DNA from: Phaeosaccion multiseriatum
Lineage: Eukaryota > Protista > Ochrophyta, other classes
Assembly (NCBI GenBank): GCA_965112735.1
Contig: OZ218950.1
Coordinates: 930,001-994,000 of the forward strand
DNA length: 64,000 nt
Direction: 5' to 3'
The position numbers were made by a program, and so were the translations under genes. Position 1 is the stretch's first letter, and every line of letters starts with the position of its first letter. The notes below the pieces were generated by a model. It did no database searches and was not told the DNA's origin. It saw only the letters and a list, made by a program, of their open reading frames with translations. Shown here in pieces: positions 1-13,210 of the stretch.

Positions 1-419
1 GAGAGAGCGACCGAGTGGGTGACGGGCGGCGGCCTTAAGCAGTGCAGCAGAGAAGAGGGCGGAAGGGAAGGGTCTCCCCTGCCTGGTGCGTCAAGCAAAC
101 TGTGATCCGCCCCCCGCTCATTCGCCTATTCGCTCTTAGACCTTGGAGAAAGGCTCGAATAAGGGACCTCAGATGGCGTAGCGAAGTATATATATATATA
201 ATATATGGACGTCTCGAGACAGCCAAAAAGCCCCGCGCCCCCCCTCCATATCGAAGCTGAAACGTGCGGACAGCTCTCTGGCGATGAGCGATGCCATCGA
301 CATGAGTGCCCACTTGAGTCTGTGGAAATAGGTGAGGGTCTATCGGTGGGAAAGTGTAGCAAGCAATGAAAATCAAGTCCAGGGGCTCTCTAGATGTTCA
401 AGTGTCTGCTCTCTTTTCC

Positions 420-540
420 ACCTTTCGTATTCCCTCACTTGAAAACGAATCAGAGGAGGTGGGTCCATGGACACCTCAATACCTTTCGTATTCCCTCACT
501 TGAAAACGAATCAGAGGAGGTGGGTCCATGGACACCTCAA
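420..540. repeat. Direct tandem duplication of about 61 bp (acctttcgtattccctcacttgaaaacgaatcagaggaggtgggtccatggacacctcaat) x2
   Basis: Two adjacent, essentially identical copies just downstream of the PPR gene stop. Confidence 0.9.
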
Positions 541-631
541 TGCCGTCGGCCCTCCCTCTCCTTGCTCTCGAGTTGGGGTCTCCCTTGCCCCCAAGCCCTA
601 CACACGCACGAACGCGCTCACGTACGCACTC

Positions 632-964
632 CTACGTCCCAGCGGTTCCACCCCTCGCCCGCCAACCCTCTTTGGGCCGTCGCCGGAGAGACTGCAGAAG
701 AGCCGGGACGATGACGATGCTGCCTCCGCTCCTCAGCGTCTCGTCGGGGTTGGGCACCGAGATGCCCAAATAGTCCTGCAGGACGTCGTCTACAGCGCCT
801 GGGGTGGGGGGGGGTAGAGGCGTATAGGCAAGACGTAAGAGACCACAACAGGAAAGAAGGGGGGCACGTGCGGAAAATAAAGTGCGTTACCTATCCTCTC
901 CATGGCGGTGGCGGTGCTGCTACTACTGCTGCCCTCCTGGTCTTGCTCCTGCTGTAGCACCAAC

Positions 965-1005
<41 letters not shown>

Positions 1006-1571
1006 CCCTCGAGCGATGCCCCCTCCTCGCCTCCGTGAGCCCACCAGGATCTCGAGCTCCCTGCTGGGGTCGTGACGGTACATTCCAGGGGGGTACATCC
1101 CAGGGGGGTACATCCCAGGGGTGGAAGGGCGGCTGCTGCTGCTGCTGCTGCTGCCTCCCTGCTCTGTGCCAGGGCTGGTATCTCCTGCTGACCAACGGTT
1201 CGCATTCGGGGGCAGAGTTACAGAGTGTGAGACTTGTTGTGTATGTGGATGACAGGAAGAGGAGGCACCACAGCAGCGAGCATACGCGAGGAAAGAAAAG
1301 GGCAAGTTGAAGTTGATGGATGATGACTTGCTCGTCCAGTGGTCGCAGAAGGGCAAGCTGGAGCCACATCCACTCTCTTCATCTTTGGATCTCTCTCCCT
1401 CCCTCCCTCTCTCTCTCTCTCATTCTCTCTCATTCTCTCTCTCTCTGTGGCCTTTGCTGCGGCCTGGAGTGCCCTTTTCGCCTCGCACGTGAGGCGACAT
1501 GCGAATGAAGAGCACACCGCACACACGCATGTCGGCACACGGACACGCACACATACACACATATGTGTACG

Positions 1572-1606
<35 letters not shown>

Positions 1607-2784
1607 GCGCGCGCGCGCACCTGCAATGTCCTCGAGCACGAGGCGTAAGAGGTCGGCGGAGAGGGAGGGGCTGAAGCGCCTTAGATCCAGCACGCCGAGT
1701 CGACGGCTGCTCCAGGGGGACAGCACACCGGAGGAGAGAGCGTCTCTGCGGGGAGAGGCAGAGGATGGGTGGGTGGGGAGGGGGGGTGGGAGGGGGTGGG
1801 AGGGGTTGGGAGGGGGTCAAGACAAGGGGTCACTGAGAAGGAGCACTCTTTCATCCCGTCTCAGGTAGTTGTGTGGAAAGGGCGACATGGGTGTGACAGA
1901 GACAAGAGACGCCGTCGCCCATCCGTCTGTCAACCTGAAACTAAAACTGAAACTGAAACTGACCAGTCTGTCTCCTGTGCAGCACGCAAGCAACTTGTCC
2001 CCTCGCCTCGGTCAAACTGTGACAGTGATTCTGTGGCCGCCTGCCTCCATCCCCCTCCCGTCTCTACCCTACCCTACCCTACCCTACCCTACCCTACCCT
2101 ACCCTACCACACACACCTGCACACATCCAACGCCAGCTCTCCCTGCCCGGCAAAGGCCAGCACCTCAGACGCCGCTGCCACGACGGGGAGTGTCATTTTC
2201 AACCCCTTGGACGCCATCTCCTCCAAGAAGCCAAGCGCAAATACCCACTGGCCTTTCTGTGCGCATGAGCGAATGGCGACGACGTAGGAGTCAGTGGTGA
2301 GGGGGATGCGAGCGGCCCTCATCTCTTCGAGTAGAGCGCTGGCGAGGTTGGCTTGGCCAGCCTTGTTGCACGCCTCGATGGCGTGTGTGTAGCTGTACAC
2401 GTTGGGCGACACGCCTAAGATAACGGAGGGGAAGGGAAGGGGGGACGGGGTGGAGAGAGGAGAGAGAGTGGGGATGAACACGCGGCGGTGCGAAAGAGCC
2501 GAAGGAGGAAAGGCCAGCAGGGGAAAGATACCACATTCGCAGAGACGTGCCGTGCTGCCTGACTGCACACATGCCTGCCTGCCCATATGCCTGGCATACT
2601 CCCCCCCTCCCGCCCTGCCTTCCTCACCTTTCTCCTTCATCTCCCCGAGGACTGCGATGGCTCCGCGAGCCTGACCAGACGTGCTGAGGGCCTCCAGAGC
2701 AGCGGTGTAGGCCACCACTCCGGGAGGGACACGGTGCTCCTGGGGGGTGGGGTGTGTGTGGTTTGCGCGTGTGCGTGTTTGTGT

Positions 2785-2831
<47 letters not shown>

Positions 2832-4615
2832 CGTGTGCCTTGCGTGCGTTTGATATGTCCAGAAAGCATCTATGGCTCTCCACTCTCTCTCTTCTCATAT
2901 CCCTCCCCCCTCTCCCTCTCCTCTCCCCTCCCCTGCTCTCCTCTCCCCTCCTCTCCTCACCTCCTCCATTGCGTGCAGCAGCTTCAGCGCCTCTCTCCAC
3001 TGCCCCGACAAGCCACACGCTCCCATGGCGGCGGCGAAGCAGTGCTCGTTGGCTTCAATTCCGCGGTTGCGCATCACCTTGAGCAGATCAAGGGCACGCG
3101 GCCACACACCACACGCACCGCAGGCCTGAAATGGATGTAATTGGAGGCATACACGGAGATTGGAGGGAGACAGTGGGGTGGTGAGGTGTCGAGCAAGGCA
3201 TGGAAAGGGTCGCACGTACGTACGCACACACGCACACACGCACACACACCTTAATGACGGCTGCGAAGGTGAAGGCGTTTGGCCGGAGCCCGTCCCTCCC
3301 CATCCGATCGAGGAGCTGCACGGCACGGACCCACTGCTTGCCCTTCGCACACGCCTGGACCGCCGCTGTATAGCACTCCACCGTTGGGCGCAATCTCGGG
3401 CTGTTACTAATAATGCGGCTACTGCTACTGCTGCTACTGCTGCTGCCGCTCGCGTAGGCGGAGTGACGCGGGTTCGATCCCGTTGGTGCGCGCATCTCAT
3501 GCAGCAAGGAGATGGCCGATCGCCAGTCTCCCGTCCTGGCGCACGCGTTGATGGCGGCTCCGAAGCACTGGGCGGTGGGGGGCATGCCTGCTTCATGCAT
3601 GCTCTCCAGGGTCTGTTTATTTGTTTGGGTGCGTTCGTCAGAGACAAAGAAAGAAGGAAGCAATGACGGAAAAGGAAGGAGTTGTGGGCACATCTGAATG
3701 AAGGAATGAAGGCGCAAACGGATGGAAGAACTCAACAGCGCCCACCATTCAATAATTCTCTCCCCCCCCCCGTTCTTTATCTCCCCTCGCTGTTCTGCGG
3801 TGTTCACCCCCCCCCCCTCCCGCTCTCTCTCTCCCTTTCCCTGCGTGCCTTGGTTGAGCTCTTGTACGGTTACTACGGTTACTGCGGTTACTCCTAGCTC
3901 ACCTCAATGGCCTGATCAGGCCGCCTGGCGACTGCGTAGGCCTGTATTACACAACTGAAGGTGTGGGCGGTCGGCTGCAGCAGCAGACCAGAAGAATCGC
4001 CTCCTGATGACCCAGCACCACCACGACTTTCAGCACCATCTGGGTAGCCGTCCACTGCCATCTCCCCTCTCTCTCCTCTCTCTGCAATCTCTGCTGCCGC
4101 TAGTCCGGCGAGGTCGTCCCAAAGGCTCAGGGTGAGTGGCCATCGACTCACCCGGTTGCACGCACTCATGACAGCTGTGAAGCTCACCACGTCGGGAGGG
4201 GGCCCGGACTGGCGCATGCGCTGGGGTGGGGTATATCACCAACCGGTGGGGTGGGGTGGGGTAGGGAGGATGGCAGCAGAGGGCGCATAGGGCGGGGATA
4301 GAGGCAGAGGTGGAGAGGTGGAGAGAGAGGTAAGGAAAGTGTGAATTAAGTGGGCCCTATATATACACTCACCCCACTCAAACACTACTGCCCCGACCCC
4401 AACCCTGATGAACGACGCAGCAGATACATACACACCTCCCATCCCATCCCATTATTCATGAATAAATGCATTACATCTCCACTCGTCTCAACATATCCAT
4501 GCACACACGCACCTGCAATAGAGCAAGCGCTGCGTCGCACTCTCTGAGCTGACCGAACGCCGACAGCGCGGCATTCAACACCACCCGCCTCGATGCTTCC
4601 GCTGCTGTATCACCA

Positions 4616-4653
<38 letters not shown>

Positions 4654-5208
4654 TGGTTTGTCTTCTTGTTGCTGTTGACGCTGCAGCCGCTGTCTGTCCC
4701 TGTCGTCCAACACCTCCTCACACTCCCTCAGGAGGCTTCGTGCCCTGCCGAACAGCCCACCTTGCCCACATGCGGCCAGGGCAGTCGAGTACGTTGACGC
4801 ATCGGGGCGCACAGATTTGCTCGCGCCCGCGCCGGCAGCAGCAGTAGCAGTTGGTGATACCGCAGCAGCAGCATCGGCAGCATCGGTATCTGCACAGTCC
4901 TTCAACTCATCAAAGAGCAACAGCGACTGTTCCCACAGGCCTGTCAGAAGGAACGACGGGGAGATACAAAAGACGGGCCGGGCCGTAGTGGGAGGGTAGA
5001 GGAGGGGCATGAGGTTCTCACGTCCTCGTGCCTGCAAACTGAGCCGACACGACAGACAGCATTCACACCTCTTTCTCTCTATCTGTGCATGTGTGTGTGT
5101 GTGTGTGTCCTCCCCCTCCCCCCCCCGCTATCTCCATCTCTCTCCCTCTCTCCCCTCTCCGAATAACTACACAAACCCGGCACCTCTGACCTCGAGCCGC
5201 TCATGCAC

Positions 5209-5239
<31 letters not shown>

Positions 5240-6269
5240 TCCATGCACCATCCACTGCCATCCGCCTACCCACCCACCCACCTGCAGCGACAGCAGCTCG
5301 CATGGCACAGTTCCAAGAGGAGAGGGTGGGTGGGCCCAGCCCCTCGGTCCGGAAGGCTCGAAGCAGACGGAGGGCGGCCTCTCCGGCCCCTCTCGACTGT
5401 ATTGGGTTGCCTTCTCTCGAGGCTAGACGTTCACAGGCAGAGAGGGAGAGGCGGTAGGCAGCTCGGACCGCAGTTTGGGCTTTTAACAGAGAGGGAGAGA
5501 AAAGATGGCAGTGGATGGTGGGGTTGGGGAGAGGGGGGAGGAGAGGAGCAGGGACGACGAAAGCGGGATTGAGTTTGAGTTCGAGTTCGGTTCTTTGTGC
5601 CCCCTGCGCTCGCCTCCTTTGTTGTCAGACGTGTCTGCACCGGACTCTCGATCTCCCTCTCGTGCCTTGTGTCAGGATACAGTGTGTCAGGACACAGGAG
5701 ACGCCATCCAAATCTCTCTCTCCCCATCTCTTCTCTTTCTCTCTCCCCGTCGTCTCTCTTTCTCTCTATCAATCTCCACCCCTTCTTTCCCTCTGTGTCT
5801 CTCTCGTTCCGTCCCGTCCCTCTCTCTCTCTCTCTCTCTCTCTCTCGACCCCTCTTCTTACCTCGTCGTGAGTCCCCCCATGTTGACGTCGACATGTCAG
5901 CTCGCCCCCCTTTCCGCCGTCCCTGCTGCTGCCGCTGCTGCTGCTGTATCACCAACTGCTGCTGTTGCGGTTCCGCTGGGAGGGGCACCACGTCCTCCCT
6001 TAGCTCCTGCATGATTCGAAGCGCATCTGCTGCCATCCCCGCCGCCAGTAACGCTTCCATGCCCCCCGTCACGGCCTCGAGGTAGTAAGTGCTGGGGCTG
6101 AGCCACCCTCCTACTCGTCCTCCTGCTGCTCCTCCTGCCACTCCTCCTTCTCCACTCGGCAGCCCTCCCTTGCTTCCCCCACCCCCACCCCCACCGTCGT
6201 TTGCTCGTGGGTCACACGCCTCCTCTTCTCCCTCTACGCTGCTGCTGCGGGGTGTGCAACTTCCACGAC

Positions 6270-6310
<41 letters not shown>

Positions 6311-8115
6311 TTGTAGCTGTCACCGCTGCTGTCGCACCGCTTATGCCCGTCCCGTCGCCGCTTCTGCTGCTTCTGCATCACCAACTGCTGCTGTTGCTGC
6401 TGTTGCTGCAGCTGCTGCTGCTGCTCGCGCATGGCTCGGACAAGATGCACAATTTGGCGTACCTTCCCTCTGGCTACGACCGCCTCCACCCCTGCTTTGA
6501 AGCAGAAATCCGACGGGGAGTGTCCTGCCAAGAGGCAAAAGAGCAAAGCAGAGAGGGAAAGGCGGAGGGACATACATACCCCAGGGGCGCTCAGAGGGGG
6601 GAGGGAGGGTTCGAAGCGAGCTTGCAATGTGTGTGTGTGTGTGTGTGTATTCTCGGTATCAGCCATGCATGAGACAGAGCAGAGGGCTGTGCACTCGGCA
6701 CCTTTGGAAGTCCCCTCGCTCAAGACGGACAGACAGATAGACAGACAGACAGACATCCGCCTCCGCACCAGCCCCCTCGACACCAACTCAACAGCTCTCA
6801 CCGCCCCCACCCCTCCTCTCTCACCTCCCACCCCAAACACTTGCTCGCACACCTACCTGCCTCTCGCAAGCTCCTGAGCAGACTCAGGGTCAGTTGGAAC
6901 TTCCCTCTTCGATTACACAGCCCCATCACGCCTCCGAAAGCAAACACCACATCCGCCGCTGCCTGGGTCCGAAGGCGACCTGAAACCGCCGCATCATCAT
7001 CTTCTTGTCGCCGGCGCTTGGGGCTGGGCCTCTTAACACCAAGACTTGCGCCCCCGTCTCCATTCCCCTCTGCGGCTGCGGCAGGGGTGGTAGTAGTGGT
7101 AGCAGCTGCGGCAGGGGTGGTAGTAGTGGTAGCAGCATTCGTAAGAGGAGGAGGAGGAGTCGCAGTGCTGGCAGTAGCGGCAGCAATTGCGGTAGGTGGT
7201 GCAGCTGGTGATACAGCTGCAGCACCAGCAACAGCCGCGTCGCCAACCTCGTCCGCAGCACCCCCCGCACTGCTTCCCACCCCCCACCCCGCCCTCCCCT
7301 CCAGACACTTCAAGGCAGCCCCCAGGTCATCGGCAGCCACACAGACTAGCACAGCCGCCTTGAGCATGGCACAAGAGGTGGGGCCCACTGGGCCCACTCC
7401 GATGTCTGTATCACAAGAGGTGGGGCCCACTCCGATGTCTGTATCTGTGCCTGTGGTGCTCGAGCGTATGGCCGTCGTCGCTGCTGCTCGCTCTTGGGCG
7501 GCGCCCTCTCGGAGGATACCCAAGCAGCGCCGGTGCTGTCCCTTCTCCCCGCAGAGCTCCAACCAGGCAGGGTAGGCCCGGAGCGGCAAGGCCAAACTGA
7601 GCCTCTTCTCGTGGTCCTTCTTCTTCTCCTTCTTCTTCTCTTTGTTCTTCTTTTTCTTCTCCGTCTGCTCTCCGCTCTCCTTCACGTTCTGCACCCCGCC
7701 CTCATTCTCTTGAGGAGCTTGAGGATCGGCTTCTCCCGTAGCAGCGGCATGTTGCCCACCACCACCACCAGCAGTAGCAGTTGGTGATACAGCAACATGC
7801 ACGTAGCCGCAGAGATTCCGAACAATGGCCACGGCCTGTTGCCCACCATCCCCCCCTCCCTTCGCCTCAAAGGCGATGGAGGGGAGTTTACCTAGGGTCA
7901 GAAGAAGCGAAGCACACCCTTCCCCGCCTTCCTCCATGCCATTGCCAGCCCCTGTGGACGATGGTGCTGATGCTGCTGACGTGACTGTCTCGACAGCACG
8001 CCGTTTGGCAGCTTCGTTGAGCTTCCACACTGCCTGCTGCTCTGCCGCACCTCTGAGCTCAGCCACGCCTTCTCGAAGCACCCCCATGGCCTCTCCGCTC
8101 TGATGGCTGCTGGAC

Positions 8116-8195
<80 letters not shown>

Positions 8196-8569
8196 ACGAC
8201 CGCGTGCACCCCGCCGCTGCTCCCCAACCTCCTCTTCCGCCGCCGTTGATAGACTTTGCAGCAAACTCGCCCACGCCCCCGCAGTGGGAGTCAGAGCCTC
8301 TGCCTCGGCAGGCCGTCCTTCTCCCCTGCTGTGCAGTTCCACTTCTCCTTCTCCTCCTTCGCCTCCTCGGCCCCCCGCTGCCTCTGCCCGGGCCTTCTTG
8401 AGCACCCCCACGCACTCCCTCGCCATACCCGCTCTCAAATGGCCCACCACCACGGCCGCCAAGCAGTGCTTGTCCACACTGCCACTCGCCACCGCCTCCT
8501 GCAGCACCTGCAGCAGAAGCGGGATGTCCACCTTCGAAGGAGGCGGAGACGTGGTGCCATCTGCACTGC

Positions 8570-8607
<38 letters not shown>

Positions 8608-10142
8608 ATGGTGGTGGTGGTAACAAGACTGTCCCTGTCGTCGCCCCTGGGGGATGTCCTTGGCTTTGGTGACTTTCGTTTCTTTCCTGTGCCTGTGGGT
8701 ACGGGTATGGCAAAGGACCATGAAAGAGGAGAGTTCGCGTGATATGATTATGACAAGCAGAGTTCGCGTGGTATGATTATGACAAGCAGAGTTCGCGTGA
8801 TATGATTATGACAAGCAGAGTTCGCGTGACATGATTATGACAAGCAGAGTTCGCGTGATATGATTATGACAAGCATGATCTGAGGGAGGAGTTGCGTTCG
8901 TTCGCAGGGTCAGAGCTCAGAGCTGCGGATGACGGACTTTGGAAACATATCGCATTCGTCCGTATCCCTGTCCCAGCATAGCAACACCACAGGGTAGCTC
9001 AGTATAGAAGAGCACCCCCGCAGCACAGCACAGCGGAAAGACGGGGGCGCTCCTTACCCTCCTTACCGTGGTTACGGTGCTTACCCTCATTACCCTCCTT
9101 ACCGTGGTTTCCGTGGTTACCTGCCTTACCCTCCTCACCGGGCTTACCCTCCTTACCGTGGTTGGCGATGGTCCGGAGCACGCCCCTGTACACTTGCACG
9201 TCCGCCTGCAGCCCGAAGCTTGGGAGTCTGTGCAGCAGCTCCACCGCGGAAACGGGCAGGTCCATCGCGCTATATGCCCGCATGGCGCCCTTGACCTGGG
9301 CCAGGCAAGCAAGCGTATGGCAGGCAGGCATGGGGCAGAACGTATGCAAGGTGCAGCCGTCAGCAGGCAGGCGGCAGGCAGGCAGACAGGCAGGCAGACA
9401 GTCAGCGTATGAAGGGAGGAGGTTGGAGGTAACCGACTCTCAGGCGAACGTTTCGGTCCCGCTTCCTGGGGTGGTCCGCATCCGTATCCCAGACGCCAAT
9501 ACCAACCCCACCACCACCACCACCACCCTCGTGGCATCTTGCTGGCGGGCCTTCCTTGACAGCACTTGTCTCCTCCCTACCTCACCTTGTTCAAGTTACT
9601 AAAGTCCTCCATTCGCTCTTCTCGCATTCCTTCTAGAAGTTTCACCTTGAGAGTGTGTGGAGTAGGTGAGTGAGGGAGTGAGTGAGCGAGGACGGGAAGA
9701 ACAGCGATAGTATCCCCGCTCAAAAAGGGCTAACGGAGGGAGAGGAACACCAGAGAGACAGACCACCACACATTGGCGCTCTGACTTACTCAGTCACTGA
9801 CTTACTCAGTCACTGACTCACTCACCGCCGTGGCGTGCAACTTGAGCTTGAGGCTCATCTTGACGGCGGTGGAGTACATCTGCCGAGCCTCATCCGAGCT
9901 TCTGTCCTCCCTCACTCCTGGGGGGAGGTTCAGGCTGTCTAGGCGGCCATCCCATGCCAAGAGTTCCCTCCTCCACCCACCGATGTCAAGTTCCATGGTA
10001 AGCGTCACCGAAGGAGGTCCAGCGTTGCTGCTGCTGCTGCTGCTGCTGCTACTAATACTACTACTGCTACTGCTACTGTTGGTGGTGGTACCACCGTCTG
10101 ATGCTTCATCGTCCTCCAATCTATCAGTTTGGACATCCACAA

Positions 10143-10175
<33 letters not shown>

Positions 10176-10668
10176 GCCTGCGACCGGGAGTGTCCACGCC
10201 GACTTCCGCGTGCCCCCCAATGGACCGCGCTCTCCTCCTGCTTGTTCCCCTCCTCGATAGTTGCTGCAGGACAGACCCGCTTTGGCCAGATCGTGTTCCT
10301 CCTCCTATTGTAGAGTGCCCCACAAACGGCGAAGGCGCAGCAGCCAAAGCCGATTGGATTCCTCCCGCCACTCCGGTCTTTGTCGCACGCATGACTGGGG
10401 AGCATCGCCGACCGTGTTGCTTCGAGCATGCCCAGATCGTGTCTGATCTTCCGACGCTGCCACGACATCCGGTGCCATGCAGTCGGACACTACTGCAAGT
10501 TCCAGTGCCGCTTGGCCATGGTGGCGTTTTTTTATTGTCACCTTCCTTACTTGCTATCCGCCCGTGGGACAGAGAGCGCGGGCCCACGAGCATGGAGACA
10601 AAACAAGGAACGCCAGTTGAAGCTGTGCACAGAGGGCCATGGCTGTTGCTCTCCATGCCATGAAGCAT
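632..10668 (-). CDS. Large multi-exon pentatricopeptide repeat (PPR) protein with probable C-terminal Smr-like domain
   Basis: Many 35-aa PPR motifs in minus-strand exons, e.g. PDVVSFTAVMSACNRVSRWPLTLSLWDDL, PTVECYTAAVQACAKGKQWVRAVQLLDRMGRDGLRPNAFTFAAVIK, PNVYSYTHAIEACNKAGQANLASALLEEMRAARI, flanked by GT-AG introns. Smr-like VLDLRRFSPSLSADLLRLVLEDIA (~1620-1700), ELEILVG (~1035-1060) and last exon AVDDVLQDYLGI...GGSIVIVP with TAG at 632-634. The start codon (10668 or 10656) and some exon boundaries are uncertain. Confidence 0.85.
8730..8874. repeat. 29-bp tandem minisatellite x5 (agagttcgcgtgatatgattatgacaagc), intronic
   Basis: Five head-to-tail copies with 0-1 mismatches and no spacers. 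Confidence 0.95.
9053..9160 (-). repeat. 9-nt periodic repeat made of 5' splice-donor-like G|GTAAG units at a PPR exon/intron boundary
   Basis: Minus strand reads cacg|gtaaggagggtaagcccggtgaggagggtaaggcaggtaac...: about 10 GGT(A/G)A sites on a 9-nt grid, translating to GKE/GKP/GEE/GKA/GNH. Confidence 0.8.
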
Positions 10669-10806
10669 GAGGAGTTTGACGTGTTTGTGGTTCCCATCTT
10701 CTTGGCTTCCACATCCAGCAGGCGACAACTGTGAGGGACTTGCTCCCGCCCGGATCCGGGAGCCCGATGCGAACCGGCCCAAAATACGAGCTAAAAACGC
10801 ATCACT

Positions 10807-12290
10807 ATGAAGGTTAGGCGAGTCGCTGTGTCGACTCTGGGTCTGTCTCGGGCTGCTGCAGTGCATGGCTTCATCGCTCCAGCGCCGCTCAGGCTCCTCT
10901 CGAAGCACCAGCCCAGCAGCGTAGCCGGCTCCTCCTCCCTTGTCAGAGGCATGGCAGCAGCGACAGCAGCATCTGGTTCACGCAGGAGCTTAGGGAGACG
11001 GAAAAGCGCTCGGGCTGCGACTACGGAAGGCAGGCGAGGAGGAGACCGGGCTGGCAAATTTCGAGCACCCGAGATTTCCATCAGAGTAGTCGACGATGGA
11101 GAGGAGTATTGCGTCGCCGTCACTGTCACTGCAGAGACAGCCGCACCCACAAGGGACAAGGAGGAGGGTGAGGATGGCAATGACGATATCTGGAACGGCG
11201 GGCTCGGTGACGACGGCAACTGGGACACCAAGCAGGAGGACAGCATTTGGAGTAGGCCCGGTGGGAATCGCCGAAGTAGCCGCGAGAACTACGTCGTACT
11301 TAGGTCATGGGACGATGCGAAGTCGCTCCAAGACCTACTGTGTGCAAAGGTGGGGCAAGGTCTGCTGCCGCCTCTCCCCGGCAGAGGAGCGAGCCCGGAC
11401 AAGCTGGAGCTGTATCTGAAGGTGCTGTTGGGCAGCGAGGCCTGCGTCGCCTCTGCGGACAGCCCGCTGCTGCACTTTCTGGAAGTCGAGGGCCGGACGT
11501 GGGCGTCTCCATCTCCTCGAGGGTATTCTTCGACGCGCCCCTCTTCATCCCCCTCCACCTCCGCTACCACCACCACCACCACCACCACCACCACCACTGC
11601 CGCGCCGTCCTCTTCCTCTTCCTCTTCACCATCTTCCTCCTCCTCCGAATTCCTACCCGTTCTAGAGGGCGAGGTTTTGTCCGAAGACGACCCCGCCTTC
11701 TTCCAGCAGCCCCATCAGAGGCGGCGAAGAAAGCGATTCAGAACAGCGGATCCGGACCGGGACGCGTCAGAGGGGGCGGAGAAGTCCGATGCGAGTGAGT
11801 GGGCAGGTGGAGTGGCTCAGCTGTCGTGTTGTTTGTTTGTTTGTTTGTTTGTTTGTTTGTTTGTTTGTTTGTTTGTTTTTGTTTTTGTTTTGTAGGTAAC
11901 GGGTAACGTGCACGCGAAGAGCAGAGAGATGGGTAGGTCAGGCAGTGCAGCCTCTATGCTCTTTTCTTTTGTTTATCCTCGCTTCCACCCACCTCTTGTC
12001 GAATCTCAACTCAACTCCCCCACCCCACTCCGAATCCCCCACCCACACACCACCCCCACCGCACTACCGTAGCCATCGCAGGAGCCGTCATCGGTGGCCT
12101 GGTGGCAGGACCCGTGGGAGCAATGGTGGGAGGGCTGCTCGGCAGGGAGGGGGTGGAGAAGGACGGTTACATCGGTGACCTCGCCAGGGGCGCCGGAGAG
12201 GCCACACGAGCGGTCAAGGACAAGGCAAGAGACCTTGACAAACAGTTTGACCTCCGCAACACGGCAGGTGCGTGGGTGCGTGTGCGTGTG

Positions 12291-12354
<64 letters not shown>

Positions 12355-13210
12355 TGTGTGAGTGTGTGTGAGTGTATGTGGGTGTGGGTGTGTGGGTGTG
12401 TATGGTGGGGGGGGGGGGTGGCCTTCACAAGCAGCTTTGACCTGCGCAACACGGCGGGTGCATACATGCGGGTGGGAAGGACGTGTGTGTGGGTGGATGG
12501 GTGTGTATGTGGGTGTGTGCGTGTGTCTTTGCTCGCTCTATGGCTGGTGTGTCCCTCCACACAAGCGTGTGCGTGGGGGGGGGATCGGCGTGTCTCGATT
12601 TTGTGCCCGTATGCTTGTTTCATCTTGACGCGCCATCTATGTGCTTGGCATACGTTTCCCAGCTATTGGCACTCTCTTCTCCCCCTCCCAATCCCCCTTC
12701 TTGCGTCTCTCTGCCGTGTGTCGATTCCCCTTTATTTCTCTCAATCTCTCCTCCTTGTCTCTTCACTCCCTGACCTCATGTGTACGTGCGTGCGTGCGTA
12801 TATGCGTGCTTGGCTACAGGAAGGAGAGGTTTGGATTTGGCGCGGCGTGCGGGAAGGTAAGACGCTGCAGCGGGTACCTCCCTTCGCACCTCACACAAGC
12901 CCATCCACTGCCATCACTGCCCTTGATGGGCAGGGTGAAGGCCTTCCCTCCTACCCCGTACTGCCCTCTTCACCCTCTTCACCCCCTTCCCTGCTTCACT
13001 CTTCACTGCGGAGATTTTTTGGTTTGTTTGGGTTGGCTCACCTCTCCTCTCTGTGCATGTTATCAACCGCCATCTGCTGCCATCTTCAGGCGTACAGGCG
13101 AGATCTTGAAGGGCGCAGGAGAGCGCATTAGCCGAGCAGCGGAAGACTCAGATGGCGATGATGGAGAGGGCGCGGGGAGGACCAATAGGGCCAGCAGGGG
13201 CGGTCGATGA
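10807..13210 (+). CDS. Putative plastid-targeted protein with glycine-zipper membrane segment; exons 10807-11806, 12082-12267, 12820-12856, 13090-13210
   Basis: N-terminus MKVRRVAVSTLGLSRAAAVHG-FIAP resembles a signal peptide plus ASAFAP-type motif. The exons join in frame through GT-AG introns to give WAGAVIGGLVAGPVGAMVGGLLG...RRTGEILKGAGER...GGR*. Confidence 0.7.

Noticed and set aside
4605-4619. TATCACC core resembling a phage lambda operator half-site
   Set aside because: Only a 7-bp coincidence, with no dyad partner and no phage context.
8730-8874. 29-bp repeats as a CRISPR array
   Set aside because: Head-to-tail copies with no spacers; an intronic minisatellite.
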